Positions 1 to 10,483 are shown, counted from the first letter of the stretch. The stretch: DNA of 64,000 bases from Bacillota bacterium (GCA_021818685.1 JAKATP010000003.1:447-64446); one strand, 5' to 3'. Numbers and translations are program-made. Notes: generated by a model from the letters alone, not told the origin.

Positions 1-654
1 CCGGCCACGAGGATCTATCCCTTATTTCGGCGACAAGTCGGGTATCGAAGCGGGACCGGGTCATCATCTCTGGCTGAGCGGGTCGGGAGGGGGGGCTTTT
101 GGATGTACCGCTCCGCCGCAGGGCTGCAGACCTGGACTGCCGTGACAGCCCAAAGTCCGAAGCCAGGTCCGAATTCTTGGGTTACAGGCAGCGACGCGCT
201 CGTCGAGACGTCTCCACCCCTGTTCACTTCCCGGACTGAGGGATATATACCCGCCACCGTTTTCGGTCCTCAGGATCGCCTAGCCATCTTCGCCGTGACC
301 GGACCGACCTGGCGCATCGCCCAGCTCCGAGGACTGCTGCCCTTGGCGCCCCAGTCGGTCTGGTCGCTCGCGGCCAGCGGGTCGCACACCCTGTGGGTCG
401 CCGCATCGAGACGCCTGTATCGCAGCGCCAGCGGCGGTCGGACCTGGCAGGTGGCGGGGAGCATTCCCTACCCGTGGACCTTTTTGGCCATCAGCTTTTC
501 TGGCTCCTACGGCTCCGTTTTAGCCATCCTGCCGCCCGGGGCACACCATCCGGGCCATTACGCGCTGTGGCGGACAACAACGGACGGAAAGACATGGCGG
601 GCCGTCCGTGTGTCGCGGCGTAATGCGTCTTGGGACCGAGACACCACCCCTTGA
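1..654 (+). CDS. BNR/Asp-box repeat (Ycf48/sialidase-like beta-propeller) protein, C-terminal part; 5' end probably outside the window
   Basis: Three Asp-box-like repeats (YRSAAGLQTWTAV, YRSASGGRTWQVA, WRTTTDGKTWRAV). Frame 1 has no stop between nt 1 and the listed ATG at 103. Confidence 0.45.
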   Translation, partial: PATRIYPLFRRQVGYRSGTGSSSLAERVGRGGFWMYRSAAGLQTWTAVTAQSPKPGPNSWVTGSDALVETSPPLFTSRTEGYIPATVFGPQDRLAIFAVTGPTWRIAQLRGLLPLAPQSVWSLAASGSHTLWVAASRRLYRSASGGRTWQVAGSIPYPWTFLAISFSGSYGSVLAILPPGAHHPGHYALWRTTTDGKTWRAVRVSRRNASWDRDTTP

Positions 655-714
655 CGTCCACAGAACTCTGGTCCTCCACACAGGCGGCGTTCCCCAGCTT
701 CCGGACCTTATTCG

Positions 715-2355
715 TCAGTGGCCGCGAAAGGCCCCGGCCAGCCACCAGGACGGCTCGCCGCGGGTTACTTTCGCGTCGACGACCATCGGGCGGTCGCGAG
801 GGCCTCCGATCCAGTCGGCCACTGCCTCCAGGTCGGCCGGGGCGCGGACGCTGACACCGACACAGCCGAATCCGCGAGCGATGGCCGCGATATCGGTGGG
901 CGGGAACCGGACGTGGTCGAGCGGGTGACCGTCCGGACCGAAATGGTGCACCTCTGCCCCATACGCCTCGTCGTCGTACACCACAATCAGCAAGTCCAGG
1001 CCGAGGCGGACGGCCGTCTCGAGATCGGCCAGGCCCATGAGCGTCCCACCGTCGCCGAGGGCCGCCACCGTGAGTCGATCCGGACGCGCTACCGCCGCGC
1101 CAATCGCGGTCGCGAGCCCCAGACCGATCGACTGGAAGGCCTGGGTGAAGACGAAGCCTTCGGCATCGGGAACGTCCAGGAACATGGATGGATAGCCCAT
1201 AAAATTTCCCGAGTCAACGGCAACCGTCCGGCCTGGCGGTAGCATATCGTCTAGCGCGATGGACAGGGTACGGGGATCAATCCGATCATCTTCCAGCATC
1301 TCCTGATAGGGCACATCGCGCCAGCGGCCCTCTCGGGCCAGGCGCTCGGCGACCGCGTCGGACCGATAGCCCGGCCTCGATCCGATAGCGCGCCGGTCCA
1401 GTTCCCCCAGGACCGCACGCGCTGTCGCCGCCACATCGCCGACGACGCCCAAATCGACCGGGTAGTGCGCGGCCAGGGCGTCCGGATCGATGTCGACCTG
1501 GACGACGGGAGTGCCTTGACTTACAAGCGTGCCGCCCCGCAGCGTCCACATGCTGAGCGCACATCCCCATGCAACCAGGAGATCAGCGTTCCTGATGAGG
1601 TCGGCCGCCACCGGGGTGGCGAAGCCCCCGCTCACGTCGAGATTGTACGGCGTACCACGGAACAAGCCGCGCGTGACGGCGGAGGTAGCGAGAAGCGCTC
1701 CCGTCCGCCCGGCCAACTGCTCTATCTCGGTTCGGGCGGCCCGGGCGCCACGGCCCGCGAGGAATACCGGCCGACGAGCGGCCAGGAGGGCGTCGACCAG
1801 CGCCGACACAGCCTCAGGCGCGGGGTCGCGGGTTGTAGGCGGCGGGACGGCCGGCAACGCAAACGACGAAGCGGGCTCCGCCTGCACATCAAGGGGCAGA
1901 CTCAAAAGCACCGTCCGCCGCTCCCCCACAGCCTCATGGTAGGCACGCGCCACGTCGGCGGCAGCCGTGGCTGCGGAGCCAATACGCACCGCAGTCGCGC
2001 CCACCGCCGCGGCTAGCGCCGCATCATCAAGATAGAAATTCGACCGGGGATTCGTCGCCGCGGGAGCGAGAACGATGAGCGGGGTGCGGCTTTTGGCCGC
2101 CTCGGTGATGCCTGTCAGAGCATTCGTGAGGCCCGGCCCCTGGTGCACGGACAGCACACCGAGCTTGCCGCTGACGCGGGCGTATGCGTCCGCCATCACG
2201 GCCGCGCCACCCTCGTGCCGGGCGGGGACGAACCGCGCCCCTGCCGCAGTCAACGCGTTGGTAACATGGAAATTCCCGCTTCCTACCACGCCGAACACGG
2301 TGCTGACGCCCGCTTTCGCCAGCGCGGCACCGACCGCTTCTGCGACCGTTGTCAC
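715..2355 (-). CDS. Thiamine-pyrophosphate-dependent enzyme (acetolactate synthase large subunit / benzoylformate decarboxylase family)
   Basis: 546 aa. N-terminal TPP-enzyme signature (VFGVVGSGNFHVTNAL..HEGGAAVMADAYARVSG..HQGPGLTNAL). C-terminal TPP/Mg motif (ALGDGGTLMGLADLETAVRLGLDLLIVVYDDEAYG). GTG start overlaps the TGA of the upstream cyclase gene (GTGA). Confidence 0.8.
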   Translation of the reverse strand: MTTVAEAVGAALAKAGVSTVFGVVGSGNFHVTNALTAAGARFVPARHEGGAAVMADAYARVSGKLGVLSVHQGPGLTNALTGITEAAKSRTPLIVLAPAATNPRSNFYLDDAALAAAVGATAVRIGSAATAAADVARAYHEAVGERRTVLLSLPLDVQAEPASSFALPAVPPPTTRDPAPEAVSALVDALLAARRPVFLAGRGARAARTEIEQLAGRTGALLATSAVTRGLFRGTPYNLDVSGGFATPVAADLIRNADLLVAWGCALSMWTLRGGTLVSQGTPVVQVDIDPDALAAHYPVDLGVVGDVAATARAVLGELDRRAIGSRPGYRSDAVAERLAREGRWRDVPYQEMLEDDRIDPRTLSIALDDMLPPGRTVAVDSGNFMGYPSMFLDVPDAEGFVFTQAFQSIGLGLATAIGAAVARPDRLTVAALGDGGTLMGLADLETAVRLGLDLLIVVYDDEAYGAEVHHFGPDGHPLDHVRFPPTDIAAIARGFGCVGVSVRAPADLEAVADWIGGPRDRPMVVDAKVTRGEPSWWLAGAFRGH

Positions 2356-3122
2356 TTCGCGACCAGGGCCAGCACCCGCGCCGGAGAGCCGGAGCCGGCG
2401 ACAATCGGCAGCGGCGCCGCGATGACCATCGCGCCCGTGACCGGGAGCTTATCAAGATTGCGGAGCTGGGTAAGGCCGTACTTGCCCGCGCCAAGTATCG
2501 CCTGGTGGCACGGGAACGGGGGCTCGAAGCCGAATGCCTGACCGGCATCGGTACCGACGGTCTCGACGCCCAAACCCAATAGGTCGGTGGCGGCCAGGTA
2601 TGTCGCGGCGGCGTACGTCATACCCGGGGTATGCGAACCGCGCTCGTCGGCGTTGGCATATCGCTCCGGGTCGTCGCCGCGGGTCGACCAGCCGGTGCGG
2701 AAGAGCAGCCAGCCAGCCTTCGGCAGCGGGCCGTGCTGCTGCTGCCAGTCCTCGAGGTCTGGGACATCGAGGAGGTAGTCGGGATTCCTGGTGGCCTCGG
2801 CTACCCGATCGATGATGACCGCGGGGCCAATCAGTCGGTGCGGAGGGATCTGCGACACGTCTTCCCGGTCCTTGCCGGTCACCCAGTGGTTGGGAGCGTC
2901 CAGGTGTGTGCCGGTATGCTCACCGGTCCGGAAGTTGTTCCAGTACCAGGCGGGGCCGCGGTCGTCGTACCGGCTGATCTCTTCGAGCTCGAACGTCTGC
3001 GTCTGGCCCCAGACGGGCGGCAACTGCAGGATGGGGGTCCCAGAGTGCAAAGGAGATGTGAGATCGATGACCTCGATGGACCCGTCGATAATCTGCGCTG
3101 CAAGCGAGGCGAGGTTAGTCAT
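2352..3122 (-). CDS. Cyclase family protein (kynurenine formamidase-like, PF04199-like)
   Basis: HTGTHLDAPNHW metal motif. I prefer the internal ATG at 3122 (MTNLASLAAQIIDGSIEVIDLT) over the ORF-track start at 3254. Translationally coupled to the TPP enzyme. Confidence 0.7.
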   Translation of the reverse strand: MTNLASLAAQIIDGSIEVIDLTSPLHSGTPILQLPPVWGQTQTFELEEISRYDDRGPAWYWNNFRTGEHTGTHLDAPNHWVTGKDREDVSQIPPHRLIGPAVIIDRVAEATRNPDYLLDVPDLEDWQQQHGPLPKAGWLLFRTGWSTRGDDPERYANADERGSHTPGMTYAAATYLAATDLLGLGVETVGTDAGQAFGFEPPFPCHQAILGAGKYGLTQLRNLDKLPVTGAMVIAAPLPIVAGSGSPARVLALVAK

Positions 3123-3298
3123 TTGGTTGAATGTAACCGGGCGGACGCGAGTCGTCAACGGATGGGCCCCCGTGACGGCCACCCCGTTCGCGACAGCTGC
3201 CCCGGCTTCGACAGCATCGTGGCGAAACCAGGCCGGGGGTGCCCACAGACGCACGCTTCAGCCTCTGAAATCGCGAAAGCGCCACCTCGTCCCCCCTT

Positions 3299-4609
3299 TT
3301 ACGGCCGAGACCATTGCAAGTCCTTCACCATGGCGAGCATCTGCCCAATCGGCAGCGCTGAGTCATTCACCGTGTACAGGCCGCGATCGCGAACCCACGC
3401 CATAAAAAGGGATGTCGTGGACGGCGCGCCCGGGCTGGGTTGGGAATAGTTGACCACGACCAGACCGGGGTCCGGTGGAAGCGCGTATTTTCTGAAGAGG
3501 CGGCTCAGTGCTTCGGCCATCCGCATGCCTGAAGACCGCGTGCCATTGTCTTGAAAGATGATGCTCCATGACCCCTGCGTCCACTGGATGGAGTCGCCCC
3601 AGTCCGGATATCGCACAGCATACACACTGTGGGAAAGCGAGACCGGGACCGCGGGTCCGGTATCCATCCCGGGTCCGCCGGGTCCCGGACCGATCGGCAG
3701 TGCATTCCAGAAGTATTCGAGACGGGAGTGCGCCTTCGTCGGTAGTCGTCGAACCATCTTGTTCCCGCTTATCTGCAGGAGGCCGAGCGACGGGGGCGGG
3801 GCGTGTCGACGGGAATACGGGTGGCGGGTCGCATAGTACATCACCGTGTATCCGGGCGGCGTCCCCAGATACGTTCGGCGCGTGGCGGAGACCCTCGCCC
3901 AAAGCCATCGGTCTGTCGCCGGAAGCGCGATCTGCACGGGCAGTCCGACCCGTATATCCGTATGGGCCTTCACGTACATGAACACCGCCTGCGCCACCAC
4001 GGCCGCCGTGAGGCCCCGGTCACCCGGCCGGATCGCCCCCGGTATGTTCCGCCAGACGGGAGCAGGACCCGCCGACGGTACGCGAAAACTCTCCAGCCGG
4101 CCGAAGGATTCTAGCGCGGCGAAGTTTGGTGTCTGATTGCCGATCATCATGTCGGTGACACCGTGGGTCTTCCGGTTGACGGTAAATTCCACCACCGTGC
4201 CGGTCGGCGTCGCGGCACCGGTTGGCGGGCTTGCCCAGTTGGCCGTGAACCGTCCGTACAAGACCACGAAATAGACGCGTGTGGCAGGAGCTGCGACATG
4301 TCCGTGAGGTGACCCCGTCAGGGCCATGGCCTCCGTGGTACGGATGGCGTACGCAAGTACCGGATGAGGATCACCGGATGACAGGGCCATCTCCTCGGCT
4401 GCCAGCACGACGTAGCGGGGCGGTGGAGACGCGGGGAGGTAAGCGGAAGCCCGTGTGAAAAACCAGAGGGCGCTAACTGCCAGCAGGGAGGCCCCGAGGA
4501 TTATAATGCCCACCCTTCGTCGCAAGGACTCTCCTCCCCTGCTCCGGCTCACTCGCGGCGGCCGAGCCGCCCGAACCGGTCGCTCTTGCCGGGTCAGGGG
4601 CGTTGGCAT
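3299..4609 (-). CDS. Hypothetical membrane-anchored protein
   Basis: 436-aa ORF. Arg-rich N-terminus followed by one TM helix (VGIIILGASLLAVSALWFF). No family motif recognised. Confidence 0.45.
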   Translation of the reverse strand: MPTPLTRQERPVRAARPPRVSRSRGGESLRRRVGIIILGASLLAVSALWFFTRASAYLPASPPPRYVVLAAEEMALSSGDPHPVLAYAIRTTEAMALTGSPHGHVAAPATRVYFVVLYGRFTANWASPPTGAATPTGTVVEFTVNRKTHGVTDMMIGNQTPNFAALESFGRLESFRVPSAGPAPVWRNIPGAIRPGDRGLTAAVVAQAVFMYVKAHTDIRVGLPVQIALPATDRWLWARVSATRRTYLGTPPGYTVMYYATRHPYSRRHAPPPSLGLLQISGNKMVRRLPTKAHSRLEYFWNALPIGPGPGGPGMDTGPAVPVSLSHSVYAVRYPDWGDSIQWTQGSWSIIFQDNGTRSSGMRMAEALSRLFRKYALPPDPGLVVVNYSQPSPGAPSTTSLFMAWVRDRGLYTVNDSALPIGQMLAMVKDLQWSRP

Positions 4610-5951
4610 GCCCCCGTCGCCTGGTCCTCACGCCACCGATGGCCGTGGTCACGCCCCCTGGGGTCCCGAATCGACGGTGCCTGCGGCGGGTCGGTCGTCC
4701 ACCCCACAAGCGTGACATCGTAGGGTCCTTGCATGACCCTCTCCGCCTGCTAACCCGCGGCCGGCTGACCATCGTGCCGAAGTGCGCCCCACGCTCCCCG
4801 ATTGCGCAGCACGATACCAGTCGCGTGCCCTCCGACAAGTTCTTTGTCTTGGTAACTCGACCCCTCCCCGGCCGTACGGGATGCACCACGATCGCCAGCC
4901 AAAGAGGCCTACGGGCGCCGTTCCGGCCCCCCGGTCCCAAAATGCACGTCGCAAGAGCCCTGAGCCTCCTGAGATTCTTCGTCGAGGTCTGGAACTCGTA
5001 TCCCATTATATGAGTCGTTTGCCACACTCTGCCATGAAGAGGTTCACCGGCTACGCGCCGCTCGCCTGCAAGGGCCGGAGGTAAAGAGGCCGGGCGAGAC
5101 GAGGGAGATCCGGCCAAGACGCACAGGGCTCCCAGGGCAAGCAGCGCGAGTCGATGGACGACGGGTCGTAATGCCCCAGCGTTCCCGTTCACGGACGGCT
5201 CCAGTAGGCGCGGGTGATCGGAGTCGCCGCCTAAAATGCAAAACGTGGTGGAACCCAAGGTGGTGCTGCCGCCGCCCGACGACCGCGGACGGCCCTTCAT
5301 CCGCGGGAATCGCGAGAACGCACGTCGGTTGTAGCCGCGTGATGAACAGCGACAGGCGATGCCCTTGCAAAGGGCTTAGGCGATGCGGTGTCATAAAAAG
5401 GGCTCGCGGTCTTGAGATCGGATAAGAGTGCCCGGGTCCCGCCTGCACGATGGCCGTTGACCGTTCCTCACCCCTGGCAGGACATGGCGGCACGGCCCTT
5501 ACCCCCACGTTTTCTGCGCGTCAGGGGCGGCCACGGTCGGGCGTGCCGTGGCGCCTCGGGTTTATGGAGAAGACCGGTGCCGGTCCCCGGCGCGATTGGC
5601 GGCGGAATTGGAACCCGCGCCCATGCCCGCGCAATAAAGCATTCCCTCTTCCTGCAGTACCGTGTGGCGTGGGAAGCTCTGGGGACCGCGCGTGGAACGC
5701 GTCGCGCCGCCACTTCCGCCAGGAATCGGCGACTGCACCTGCTCCCGCCGTCCATCAGACGATGGCACGGCCCTGGCGTCATCGGAAGACCGCCTAAAAG
5801 GCGCCGATGATGGCTGATGACGGAGGAAGCCTTCGAGACGGTCCGTGCCGACCGGAGCACTCAGGGCATCGGGTTCCCGAGGATCCCCTGTCCGCTCCCT
5901 CCCCTCTGCCGACGCCACGGGACCCCCGACACGGTCCCGGAACCCTGTCCC

Positions 5952-8006
5952 CTAAAGCTCCCCTCCGGTCTCACGGTTCACGAAGGTCAGGATATCGGCC
6001 GCCGCGTCCGCCTGGGCCCAGAGCGGCTTTCCGACACCGTGGCCCGCATCCGCCTCCATCCGCAGCAGGATGGGCCGGGAAGACGACGTGGAGGCTTTCA
6101 GCCGCGCCAGCATCTTTCGCGCATGCATGGGATCGACCCGACTGTCGCTCCGGGCGGCATACAAGAAGACGGCCGGGTAGGCGGTGTGCTCCACCACCCG
6201 GTGATAGGGCGAGTAAGCGTAAAGCCATCTGAACGCCTCCGGATCCTCTGGTGACCCGTATTCCCCGGTCCACAGATCGGCGATGAGAAAGCGGTGAAAG
6301 CGGATCATATCCAGGAGCGGCACGCCTATCACGACGGCTCCAAACAGATCCGGATGCTGGGTCAACATGGCGCCCGTCAGCAGTCCGCCGTTGCTGCCGC
6401 CCGAGACGGCCAGGTGCCGGGAGTCGGTTCGGCCAGTGGCGATGAGATGGCGGGCCGCGGCGGCGCAATCGTCAAACACTTGCTGTTTGTGCTCCCGCAT
6501 CCCGGCCCGGTGCCAGGCCTCCCCGTATTCTCCGCCGCCGCGGAGGACAGCCAGGGCAAACACACCGCCCCGCTCCACGAACGCCGCCAGGTCGCTTCGG
6601 AAGTGCGGGGTGGATGAGATCGCAAAGCCGCCATAGCCGGTCAGAATTGTGGGCCGGGGACCCGGCGCGGCCTCTCGCGGTGACACCACGAACAGCGGAA
6701 TGCGGGTCTGGTCGGTGGACTCATACCAGTCTCGCTCCACCACCACCTGGCTTGAGAGGTCCGCGTCGGCACCGAAGAGGCGCAGCATGCTCCCCTCCGG
6801 GGCGACGGCGTATACACCCGGCGGCGACACGAACGAATCGAATTCCACGACCGCACCCGGTGCACGGGCGTCGGCGGACAGAGATTGCAAGGATCCGAGC
6901 CCGGGAACCGCCACGGGTGTTCGGGTGCCCCCGGCATCCCATTCCAGTGCCGATGCAGCGTCCTCCATATAGTGGAGCAGGAGGCCATTCGCAGCCACGG
7001 CCATGTCGACGAGCGGCCGCCGCGGGTCCGCAGCCACCCGCTCCTCCCAGGCAGCCAACGACAGTTCCGGGATATCGGTGCTGGAGGGCCAGTCATGGTA
7101 AAGCACTCGCCGCATGGGCGCCTGCCAGTCCGAGTGGAGGTAGACGCCATCCGGTCCGAGCTCCGGATAGAACTGCGCTTCGACCCCGCCAGCCCAGCGG
7201 ACGAGTCGCTCGGGCGCATCGGCCGGTGCCAGATAGACGGAACTCGAGGTCCAGAGAAAGGTCACCGTGACCACGAGGAAGCGACCATCGGGACTCAGCT
7301 GGGGGATGAAATGATGTCGACGCTCGAACCCTTCGCCCAGAAGATCGGGATCGTCCGTGTGCGGCAGCCCCAGGCGATGATGAAAGAGGTGCTGGTGATA
7401 GTTGGGGTCCTCGGCGTGAAGCTCGCCGGGCAATGGATAGCGGCCATAAAAGAAACCGCCTTCGTCTGCGTCCCACGCGAGGGACGCATAACGGGTGCCC
7501 GGAATCGCCTCGTCCAGTTTCCCACCCCGGTCCATATCGCGCACGCAGAGCGTGCTCTTCTCATCGCCGGAACGGGAAATGCCATAGGCCACGTAACGTC
7601 CCGACGGTGACGGCGACCACCAGTCGAGAGCCGACAGCCCGTCTGATCCCTCTTCCAGCGGATCGACGATAAGGGTGGGATCTCCGCCTGTGCGGGGGAC
7701 GCGCATGAGTCGTGGTTGAGGGCGCACGCCGTCGCTCGCGACGAAATAGACAAAGGGGCCCACGATCCGCGGGGTCCGATAGGTGGGCAGCGCGGCCCAT
7801 CTTAGCCATTGCTCCCGCCAGCGTGCGTTGTCGGGGCCGTCCAAGTAAGCCCGGGTCTCTTGGTTCTCCGCCTCCTCAAACGCGCGGACAAGCGCGCTCT
7901 CCCCGTCCTCAAGCCATCGGTACTCGTCGGTAATTACGACCCCGTGGATCCTGTCCGTCACGGGTTCACGCAGAATGTGCCTGCTGTCCATCGTGTCCTC
8001 CCACAA
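5952..8006 (-). CDS. Prolyl oligopeptidase family serine peptidase (S9A)
   Basis: 684 aa with an N-terminal propeller region. Catalytic Ser motif VSGGSNGGLL, Asp in ARSDSRVDP, His in ADAGHGVGKP. Confidence 0.85.
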   Translation of the reverse strand: MWEDTMDSRHILREPVTDRIHGVVITDEYRWLEDGESALVRAFEEAENQETRAYLDGPDNARWREQWLRWAALPTYRTPRIVGPFVYFVASDGVRPQPRLMRVPRTGGDPTLIVDPLEEGSDGLSALDWWSPSPSGRYVAYGISRSGDEKSTLCVRDMDRGGKLDEAIPGTRYASLAWDADEGGFFYGRYPLPGELHAEDPNYHQHLFHHRLGLPHTDDPDLLGEGFERRHHFIPQLSPDGRFLVVTVTFLWTSSSVYLAPADAPERLVRWAGGVEAQFYPELGPDGVYLHSDWQAPMRRVLYHDWPSSTDIPELSLAAWEERVAADPRRPLVDMAVAANGLLLHYMEDAASALEWDAGGTRTPVAVPGLGSLQSLSADARAPGAVVEFDSFVSPPGVYAVAPEGSMLRLFGADADLSSQVVVERDWYESTDQTRIPLFVVSPREAAPGPRPTILTGYGGFAISSTPHFRSDLAAFVERGGVFALAVLRGGGEYGEAWHRAGMREHKQQVFDDCAAAARHLIATGRTDSRHLAVSGGSNGGLLTGAMLTQHPDLFGAVVIGVPLLDMIRFHRFLIADLWTGEYGSPEDPEAFRWLYAYSPYHRVVEHTAYPAVFLYAARSDSRVDPMHARKMLARLKASTSSSRPILLRMEADAGHGVGKPLWAQADAAADILTFVNRETGGEL

Positions 8007-8131
8007 TTTAACGACAACTTAACCTAAATTGTTGTTCACTTTGGCGGAGTCTGGGATACAATATCCGTGGAAGAGGATCCACGAACAGGGAACCATGAGT
8101 TCCAATACGAAACAGGAAGGAGGTGCCGCAC

Positions 8132-8290
8132 GTGACGATGCGCGAATGCTCTAGCTGCCGCCGCACCATCAATGTGGGCTGGTCGGTACTGGCCCGGTCT
8201 CATAGTGGCGGCGTTTTGTGCCCGGCGTGCTCGGGCCGCATGCAGCTCGACCGTCTCACCGCTTACCGTACGCCCGTCCGGCCCTACTAA
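8132..8290 (+). CDS. Small zinc-ribbon protein (52 aa), not in the ORF track
   Basis: Hand translation: VTMRECSSCRRTINVGWSVLARSHSGGVLCPACSGRMQLDRLTAYRTPVRPY (CxxC...CxxC). Strong RBS GGAAGGAGGTG ends 6 nt before GTG 8132. An alternative ATG lies at 8138. Confidence 0.4.
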   Translation: MTMRECSSCRRTINVGWSVLARSHSGGVLCPACSGRMQLDRLTAYRTPVRPY

Positions 8291-8301
8291 GCCAGACGGG
8301 C

Positions 8302-9213
8302 TTACCGGCTCCACAGCGCCCGCGCGAAGAACAGAAGGTTCGCCGGCCGCTCCGCGAGACGCCGCGTGAAATATGCGTACCAGTCGGTACCATAGGGAAT
8401 GTACACGCGGGTCCGATACCCTTCGCGGGCCAGTTCCCGCAAGCTCGCCAAATTGATCCCGTACAGCATCTGAAACTCAAACCGGTCGCGGGGAACCGCG
8501 TGCGCCCGGATATATCGGAGCGTGCTTCCGATCATCCGCTCGTCATGAGTCGCGATGGCGGTGTAATGGCCGGCTTCGAGCGACATCTCCACCAACCGTA
8601 CGAAATTGTCGTCCACGTCCGCCTTGGCCGGAAATGCACGCTCGTGGGGCTCGCTGTACGCGCCCTTCACGATCCTGAAATTCCGCGGCTCGTCCGACAG
8701 CGCCCGCAAGTCATCGACCGACCGCCGTAGATAAGCTTGCAGCACGGTGCCCACCGAACCGGGGAACGCGCCCCAAAGTTCACGATAAATTTCCAGCGTC
8801 ACCGTCGTGTAGCGGGAGTCCTCCATGTCGATGCGGACAAAGTTTTGCAGCCGTACCGCCGTCTCCACGAGCGCGCGAGTTTCCGACACCGCCAGATCAC
8901 GATCGATGTCGAGCCCCATCATCGACAGCTTCAACGACACATTGGCGTCGAGCTTTTCGGCTGCGATCCGGGCCTGAAGCTCGCCATAAGCCGCCGCTGC
9001 CGCACGGGCCTCCGCCACGTCGCGAACGCTCTCCCCCAGATGGTCGAGGGTCGCCGCCATGCCGTCCGCGTTTACCGCGCGGGTGACCGCCACCGCGTCG
9101 TCGAGCGTTTCTCCGGCCACAAAGCGACGCGCTCCCAGCTGAAACCCATAACGTTTGACCGTGTCCGACACGATACGACTGTCCGCCACACTCAAGATCA
9201 CCTGTCGAAACAT
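8302..9213 (-). CDS. Proline dehydrogenase (monofunctional, PutB-like)
   Basis: RFVAGETLDDAV..LDHLGESV..SLKLSMMGLDID..QAYLRRS pattern typical of PRODH. ATG 9213 has a GAGG RBS 5 nt upstream and gives about 303 aa. The ORF stays open to 9318, which would overlap truA. Confidence 0.8.
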   Translation of the reverse strand: MFRQVILSVADSRIVSDTVKRYGFQLGARRFVAGETLDDAVAVTRAVNADGMAATLDHLGESVRDVAEARAAAAAYGELQARIAAEKLDANVSLKLSMMGLDIDRDLAVSETRALVETAVRLQNFVRIDMEDSRYTTVTLEIYRELWGAFPGSVGTVLQAYLRRSVDDLRALSDEPRNFRIVKGAYSEPHERAFPAKADVDDNFVRLVEMSLEAGHYTAIATHDERMIGSTLRYIRAHAVPRDRFEFQMLYGINLASLRELAREGYRTRVYIPYGTDWYAYFTRRLAERPANLLFFARALWSR

Positions 9214-9295
9214 CGCTGCCTCATCCCCCTGGACCATCCGAGCTTCGTGCTGTACGTACCGGCGCCTGCTAATTCCCTTCATTGTCGGAATCCGT

Positions 9296-10027
9296 TCAGA
9301 AGAAATCAATCCGCTCAAGGGTCAGACCATGAGGCGGCGCCAGTTCGGCCGTTTTGAACCCCGGCGCGGACGCCAGGCCCGCGGCTACCAAGCCGGGACG
9401 TCTCCCACTGACGTCCGCGACCATGGATCCCACCATCAACCGCACCATGTGGTAGAGAAACCCGCTGCCGGTCACCCGGAACACAAACGCGCCTCGCTCC
9501 GCGTGCCAGCGAGCGCTCAGGATGGTGCGCACCGTTGTCCGCGCTGCCGACCCCTCGCCACGAAAGGCGTAGAAGTCGTGCGTGCCCACAAACAGACGGG
9601 CCCGATTGTCCAACGCCTGCAGGGAAACGGGAGCCGACACGGCCCAGCTGTGGGCGGACAACCACAAATCGGTACTGCCGCCAGGTACGATGCGGTAAGA
9701 ATAGGTTTTCGAGCCGGCGTGCCGGATGTCGATATCATCCGGCACGACCGTGATGGTCCGCACGCGCACATCTTGGGGCAGGCGGCCATTCAAGGCCGGA
9801 AGCAGGCGGCCGGGCGGCACCGCACAGTCATCGGGGCACCACAGGGCCACCTGCCCTTGTGCGTGGACGCCCGCATCCGTGCGGCTCGCGCCGGCCACGG
9901 CTGCGCGCCGCCCGGTAAGCTGCCACAGGGCCTCTTCCACCACTCCCTGCACCGTCCGCCGGCCGGGTTGACGCTGGAAACCGTGAAAGCCAGCCCCTTC
10001 GTAGGCGAGGACCAGTTTGTAGGCCAT
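9296..10027 (-). CDS. truA: tRNA pseudouridine(38-40) synthase TruA
   Basis: 243 aa. MAYKLVLAYEGAGFHGFQRQ and the catalytic ASRTDAGVHAQGQV motif. Confidence 0.9.
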   Translation of the reverse strand: MAYKLVLAYEGAGFHGFQRQPGRRTVQGVVEEALWQLTGRRAAVAGASRTDAGVHAQGQVALWCPDDCAVPPGRLLPALNGRLPQDVRVRTITVVPDDIDIRHAGSKTYSYRIVPGGSTDLWLSAHSWAVSAPVSLQALDNRARLFVGTHDFYAFRGEGSAARTTVRTILSARWHAERGAFVFRVTGSGFLYHMVRLMVGSMVADVSGRRPGLVAAGLASAPGFKTAELAPPHGLTLERIDFF

Positions 10028-10053
10028 AAGAGATAGTTCAATTGCTCCGGCAA

Positions 10054-10077
10054 GGAAAAAGCCGCCGGTGGCGGCTA
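10054..10077 (-). terminator. Intrinsic terminator overlapping the rplQ stop codon
   Basis: Minus-strand RNA AGCCGCC-ACC-GGCGGCU followed by UUUUU. The 7-bp GC stem includes the TAG of rplQ. Confidence 0.55.
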
Positions 10078-10416
10078 GACCAGCTCGATGATAGCCATCG
10101 GCGAACCGTCCCCCTGGCGGGGTGCCGTCCGCATGATGCGGGTGTAGCCCCCGGGACGGTCTGCATATCGCGGCCCGATCGTGTCAAAGAGCTTCTTCAG
10201 TACACTCGCGTCCAGCAAATAGGCGGCGGCCTGCCGGCGCGCGTGGAGATCGCCGCGCTTTGCCAGTGTAATCATACGCTCGGTATAAATCCGTGCCTCT
10301 TTGGCCCGGGTCACCGTTGTCGTGACGCGCTCGTGCAAGAGGATGGACGTTACCAGGTTTCGCAAGAGCGCACGCCGCTGGTCATGGGGACGGCTCAATT
10401 TGCGCACGGTTGCCAC
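10075..10416 (-). CDS. rplQ: 50S ribosomal protein L17
   Basis: 113 aa, [21 protein letters not shown]. Follows rpoA as in alpha operons. Confidence 0.95.
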   Translation of the reverse strand: MATVRKLSRPHDQRRALLRNLVTSILLHERVTTTVTRAKEARIYTERMITLAKRGDLHARRQAAAYLLDASVLKKLFDTIGPRYADRPGGYTRIMRTAPRQGDGSPMAIIELV

Positions 10417-10483
10417 AGCTCCTTCATCAAACTAAACACTCGCGGCCCGTCTCCGAGGATCGCCCGGGCGATCCCGGTCGACT

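Noticed and set aside
4473-5300. 275-aa minus-strand ORF with a signal-peptide-like stretch (HRLALLALGALCVLAG)
   Set aside because: The remainder is Arg/Gly-rich and overlaps the start of the 436-aa gene. It has no RBS or usable start near the hydrophobic stretch and mixed codon usage. It is kept only as part of the unexplained-gap finding.
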